A stretch of DNA of 64,000 nucleotides from Zygnema circumcarinatum SAG 698-1b. Taxonomy: Eukaryota > Plantae > Zygnematophyceae. The translations under genes were made by a program, and so were the position numbers. Positions 62,609 through 64,000 of the stretch are shown here, piece after piece; within the stretch, counting starts at the first letter, position 1, and every line of letters starts with the position of its first letter. Where the stretch lies: assembly GCA_037447605.1 (NCBI GenBank), contig CM074805.1, positions 744,001-808,000 of the forward strand, given 5' to 3'. The notes below the pieces were generated by a model. It searched no databases and was not told the DNA's origin. It saw only the letters and a list, made by a program, of their open reading frames with translations.

Positions 62609-63599
62609 NNNNNNNNNNCGCCGACGTGGAGGTACAGGCGTAGTTTTGGAGGATGATGTGGCGCCGTCGTGGCGCCGACTAGGACCGACGTGGAGGTACA
62701 GGCGTAGTTCCCCAGAACATACCCCCTAAAGTGAGTTCTGGGGAACTACGCCTGAGTTTTCCAATCGTGCGCCGCCGCGTGGCGTTGAAGATCCGTTCGA
62801 GATGCCACGGGGGTACGGCGGCCACGCTGGCGCACAGCCGCCAACGCGCCTTTGGCGACGCACGTACGGTAACCGCGGTGGGCCACGGTGGACGAGTAAG
62901 TGTGTCCACGTGGCGTCCGCTGATTGGCTCGCGCGACCTCTGATGGAACCCGCAATTCTCCCTTCATGACTCGTGATCCGATGTGGCGGTACAGGCAAAC
63001 GCTGATGGAATCCCACCCTGAGCCTGGTTGCAAATCGAACGATGATCTGCCGTGGTGCGATCTGCGAGGGAATCGACGGCGCAGATTGAACGCACATGTG
63101 AAGGACGCAGACTCGCGAACGATCTCGTGGCGGACGGATCTTCCGCTCCGAGCGCATTGTGAAATAAAATCTGCCCGCAGCAACAAGTTGTGTATCGATT
63201 CCAAAGAGGTGTGAGAAAAACATTTTTCTTATTTAATCCTCATTGTTCTAAAATAGAATCTGCCCGGCGAAAAAAGGTCTGTGTGTAGACAAAAAAGGGG
63301 GAACTTTCATTGAACTCGCGATGGCGAGGCCATCAAATGTACATGGACAAAGGCAAAATGTGGACAAAAAAGGTGTGAATATAGCATTTTCCTATAGGGG
63401 GCGACTATTTACAGTGTACGGATTCTGAATGTAGTGTACGATTTCGCTGGGCAGCAAAAAAAAGGTTTTTTTTGGCGAAAAATGTTGTTTCACACTTTTC
63501 GTAATAGTGGAGCCAACTCACCACGCCTCGCTGGAATTGAAAGATTCACGCTGAAAGGTATTGGATTTCTACCGCAGACCTGGCCTAAACCGCTCCCCC

Positions 63600-63782
63600 C
63601 AAACCTCGTCAGGTCCCGGGTCCCCATTTCGAAATAGTTACAAAATGAGATATGTGCCTCTGGGCGCTACCGAGCTCGTCATTAACGCCCACTTTTAAGC
63701 ATAAAAGGCCTGCCGTACAACGCGGAATTGGCCTGACGGGCTCGCAGAATTGGTTTGGCGATGGACAAGGTCTGACTCCCCC
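63600..63782. mobile_element. Partial MITE family A copy
   Basis: Ends in GACAAGGTCTGACTCCCCC-TA; 63620-63782 is the inverted homologue of about 9083-9235. Confidence 0.7.
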
Positions 63783-64000
63783 TAATAGATACAGACCTTT
63801 TATCGTCGGATGTACGGATGGTGATTTGAAATGTACGAAGTGCGCGCGTCTACAAGGTATAAGGGCACAACACGTGGAAGGCGACATGATTGGCAGCGGC
63901 GACATATGGCGTGTCAAGTATGTTTGGGACCGTGGCGTGATGAAGCGAACTGGCGACAAAGTGGAGTCAGCGGATGGCGGTCGAAATGGCGGGGAAAAAG

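Larger units (their letters stand above)
56022..63391. mobile_element. Non-autonomous TIR DNA element hosting the Copia insertion
   Basis: 56020-56125 (TAGGAAAATGCTCTATTCACAC..GTCTACACACAGAC..AATGAGGATTAAATAAGAAAAATG) is inverted at about 63220-63395. Internal tandem repeats; three N gaps inside, so continuity is assumed. Confidence 0.55.

Overview
Eukaryotic nuclear DNA. Plant-type genes, spliceosomal GT-AG introns and one U12 AT-AC intron point to a streptophyte, probably an alga or other non-seed plant (inference). Manually spliced genes: a partial GT47 exostosin glycosyltransferase (missed by the ORF track), a short FG-rich/Nup155 C-terminal chimera, a UFD1-like zinc-finger protein, DNMT2, a two-RRM protein, MED19, RPL14, a PPR protein, and a large secreted FAS1-NIDO-PAN-ricin B-legume lectin mosaic protein. 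Two transposon-rich blocks (about 8.9-16.4 kb and 52.7-64 kb) contain nested TA-flanked MITEs, a decayed Copia, a young internally deleted Copia, a foldback palindrome and tandem repeats. Five N gaps: 9606-9705, 14447-14456, 57256-57265, 58521-58530, 62609-62618. No CRISPR array or rRNA is seen. All family calls are motif recognition by eye, not database searches.
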